Positions 62,068 to 64,000 of a stretch of DNA of 64,000 nt are shown here, one piece after another; position 1 is the stretch's first letter, and each line of letters starts with the position of its first letter. The stretch comes from a virus. Lineage: Duplodnaviria; Caudoviricetes. The position numbers and the translations under genes are program-made. The notes under the pieces are model-generated. The model made no database searches, was not told where the DNA came from, and saw only the letters and a program-made list of their open reading frames with translations. The stretch covers positions 2,876 through 66,875 of the IMG/VR virus record IMGVR_UViG_3300037249_000373. One strand, 5' to 3'.

Positions 62068-62430
62068 CTATAATTGAGCAGATAATCTTTGCTGTCTTTG
62101 CCAATTAAATGCTTCTTTATTTCTGGCTTCATTATCCAAGTAAGCTTGTTTCTGCAAGTTATAGTTGTCTCTTGCTAATGCTAAAGCTTTCTTACTGTTA
62201 CTATAATTATTCCATGTATTCCATAGACTGCCTACGGCAGATAATGGAGCTGTAGGATTCTGTTTAATGTAACCACCTAAACTCTTTAAATATTCATCAA
62301 AGAAACTCTTATCAGCATCAGGTGTTTTACCACCCATACCATAAGGTATACCGTTATTGTTGCCATAATCAGCAACATTCTGTAAATAGGGATGCTCATC
62401 AGCAAATGAATCCCAAAAAGAATAAGCCAT
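62068..62430 (-). CDS. N4 gp52-like small ejection protein
   Basis: 'LSAVGSLWNTWNNY...ALALARDNYNLQKQAY' amphipathic pattern recalled for gp52 homologs. Confidence 0.6.
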   Translation of the reverse strand: MAYSFWDSFADEHPYLQNVADYGNNNGIPYGMGGKTPDADKSFFDEYLKSLGGYIKQNPTAPLSAVGSLWNTWNNYSNSKKALALARDNYNLQKQAYLDNEARNKEAFNWQRQQRLSAQL

Positions 62431-62441
62431 ATTTATGCTCC

Positions 62442-63944
62442 TTACGCATGTTTAGGGAAATAAATCTTTCCAGCATTTTTATAAAAATCATAATCACTGT
62501 TAGTAAGGAGTTGTTCTGTAAGCAAACCTAAAACCAAAGAATTCTGGTTATTAAGTAATTGACTAGCTTTAGCTTCAGATGCTTGCATTAACTTACTAAG
62601 TGATAATGAGCTATTATTCAATTTACTTAATCTGCTTTGATATTCTTGCTCTTTGGCTTTAGCATAGGAAGAACCAATAGATGTTAAGTTATTGAAATTA
62701 ACCAAATTACCTAAAGAAAAGGAATTAGTGTTATTAAGTGTTTGAGTCCATTTAGGTAACTCTTTAGATGACATCATTTTAATGGATGTACTAGCTAAAC
62801 ATGTCATAGCACCAGCCCAATCTTTAGTTTGTATTGCATAGTAAAACTTAGGATTAGTAGCTAAGTCAAGTACAGCTCCACTAAGTGGAGATATAGTCAT
62901 AAGACCATTAACAGCTACTGAGCCTAAAGAGTTAGCAATAGTTTCTAAATCAAATTTACCTTCTACAATACAATTAGCCATAGTAACTATAGTAGAACTT
63001 GCTAATGTACTTAAGGTAGTAGTTACTGTGGTAGTAGTAGTTACAGCAGTTGAACCTACCTGTACTACTGCACCAGAGGTAGTAGTTGTAGTAGCATTAA
63101 GATTAGGTAATACATAGATACAGAACATATCTAATATTGTTTCTAGTATTGCTTTAGTAGCACCTTCTATATGACATACCTTACATATAAATTTAAAGGC
63201 TATCTTAATTGCTAAAACCAAGAGTAATTGGAATAGTGTTTCCAGGGTAAATATCGCTTTTAACGTGGGTGCAGTAGCAGTACCCTGACTTGCTATAGTA
63301 ACTATAGTAATAATAATTATGTATATAACAATTCTTACTACAAGGAACCAACTAGATTGATACCATTTCTTTTTAATCTTTACATAGGTATTGTGTACAC
63401 TACGCATAGATATAGCTAGAATATCACCACCTATAATACCACCTATTCTTGAGTTAATTATGAATGGTAATACAGGTACTAAGCATTCATTAGGATCTGA
63501 ATCATCATCTTCATTTTCTGATTCGTCAGAATTATATTTATCTTTAAGGTCTCTTATTTCCTGTTGAGTTAATGGGGCTACATTCTTAAATGTAGGCACA
63601 GATCTATTCATACCATGACCATTATTGTATGAACAGAACTCAAGACCTTTTACTACTATTTCTATATACTGGTTTTTATCTAGCTGTTTGCATATACGTA
63701 AACAGGAAGTACTAACAGGTAATTTAATTGTAGATTGACCTATATTCTTTTCTATAAAGGTAGTCTCTGTATAGCCTTCTGTAGTGAATCTATGAAAGGA
63801 ATTAACTCTACCTGATTTAGTGTTATAACTGATACTAGACCAACGTATATCATAATTAAATGCTTTATGTCTATAGTATATACTGTTACCATTTAAACCA
63901 GCAGAATCATACATATACTTAAAGAATTCAAATAGGTATCTCAT
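62442..63944 (-). CDS. N4 gp53-like structural protein (C-terminal-type portion)
   Basis: 'YVKIKKKWYQSSWFLVVRIVIYIIIITIV' followed by multiple TM segments. Confidence 0.65.
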   Translation of the reverse strand: MRYLFEFFKYMYDSAGLNGNSIYYRHKAFNYDIRWSSISYNTKSGRVNSFHRFTTEGYTETTFIEKNIGQSTIKLPVSTSCLRICKQLDKNQYIEIVVKGLEFCSYNNGHGMNRSVPTFKNVAPLTQQEIRDLKDKYNSDESENEDDDSDPNECLVPVLPFIINSRIGGIIGGDILAISMRSVHNTYVKIKKKWYQSSWFLVVRIVIYIIIITIVTIASQGTATAPTLKAIFTLETLFQLLLVLAIKIAFKFICKVCHIEGATKAILETILDMFCIYVLPNLNATTTTTSGAVVQVGSTAVTTTTTVTTTLSTLASSTIVTMANCIVEGKFDLETIANSLGSVAVNGLMTISPLSGAVLDLATNPKFYYAIQTKDWAGAMTCLASTSIKMMSSKELPKWTQTLNNTNSFSLGNLVNFNNLTSIGSSYAKAKEQEYQSRLSKLNNSSLSLSKLMQASEAKASQLLNNQNSLVLGLLTEQLLTNSDYDFYKNAGKIYFPKHA

Positions 63945-64000
63945 TACTCTCTGGTCATTGGCAGTTATGTCCAGGGCAAAAGTAAGTGCTATATCAGTTA

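Noticed and set aside
57516-62531. + strand ORFs 57516, 57878, 59858, 61046, 61593 and 62322
   Set aside because: Antisense shadows of the - strand virion genes.
1-64000. CRISPR array, tRNA or rRNA genes
   Set aside because: No regularly spaced repeat-spacer units or cloverleaf patterns were seen by eye. A tRNAscan run would be needed to be certain.
1-64000. Stop-codon reassignment (alternative genetic code)
   Set aside because: Standard-code ORFs tile the window densely, including an uninterrupted 4917-aa gene. TAA, TAG and TGA all end coupled genes.

Overview
This 64 kb AT-rich window is most of an N4-like (Schitoviridae) lytic phage genome. The evidence is a two-subunit T7-type RNA polymerase II, a giant virion RNA polymerase (4917 aa), N4 gp24/gp25-like ATPase and vWA genes, an N4-type replication module, and N4-type terminase, adaptor and ejection genes. 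The host is probably Gram-negative: there is an embedded Rz/Rz1 spanin pair, and a near-consensus CRP site points to Gammaproteobacteria (inference). Early, middle and replication genes lie on + (about 2-25.4 kb, plus an accessory island at 27.9-31.8 kb). Structural genes lie on - (25.5-27.8 kb and 31.9-64 kb). Main observations: (1) a family of about 11-12 divergent small paralogs sharing a C-terminal 'xxY[LF]x[IL]LG[FL]' motif, mostly in a tandem array that includes a chimeric deletion copy; (2) a DNA polymerase split in two by an ATP-dependent ligase gene; (3) a Csx20/Crn1-like candidate ring nuclease in a modular early counter-defence cassette with NADAR and DUF488; (4) two recurrent cis-element families (C-TAC-G hairpins and ACAAdGCGATGG); (5) a vRNAP about 1400 aa longer than N4's, with a possible macro-like insertion; (6) several unannotated micro-ORFs. 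All family assignments come from reading motifs by eye; no database search was run. I saw no tRNA, CRISPR array, integrase or reverse transcriptase.
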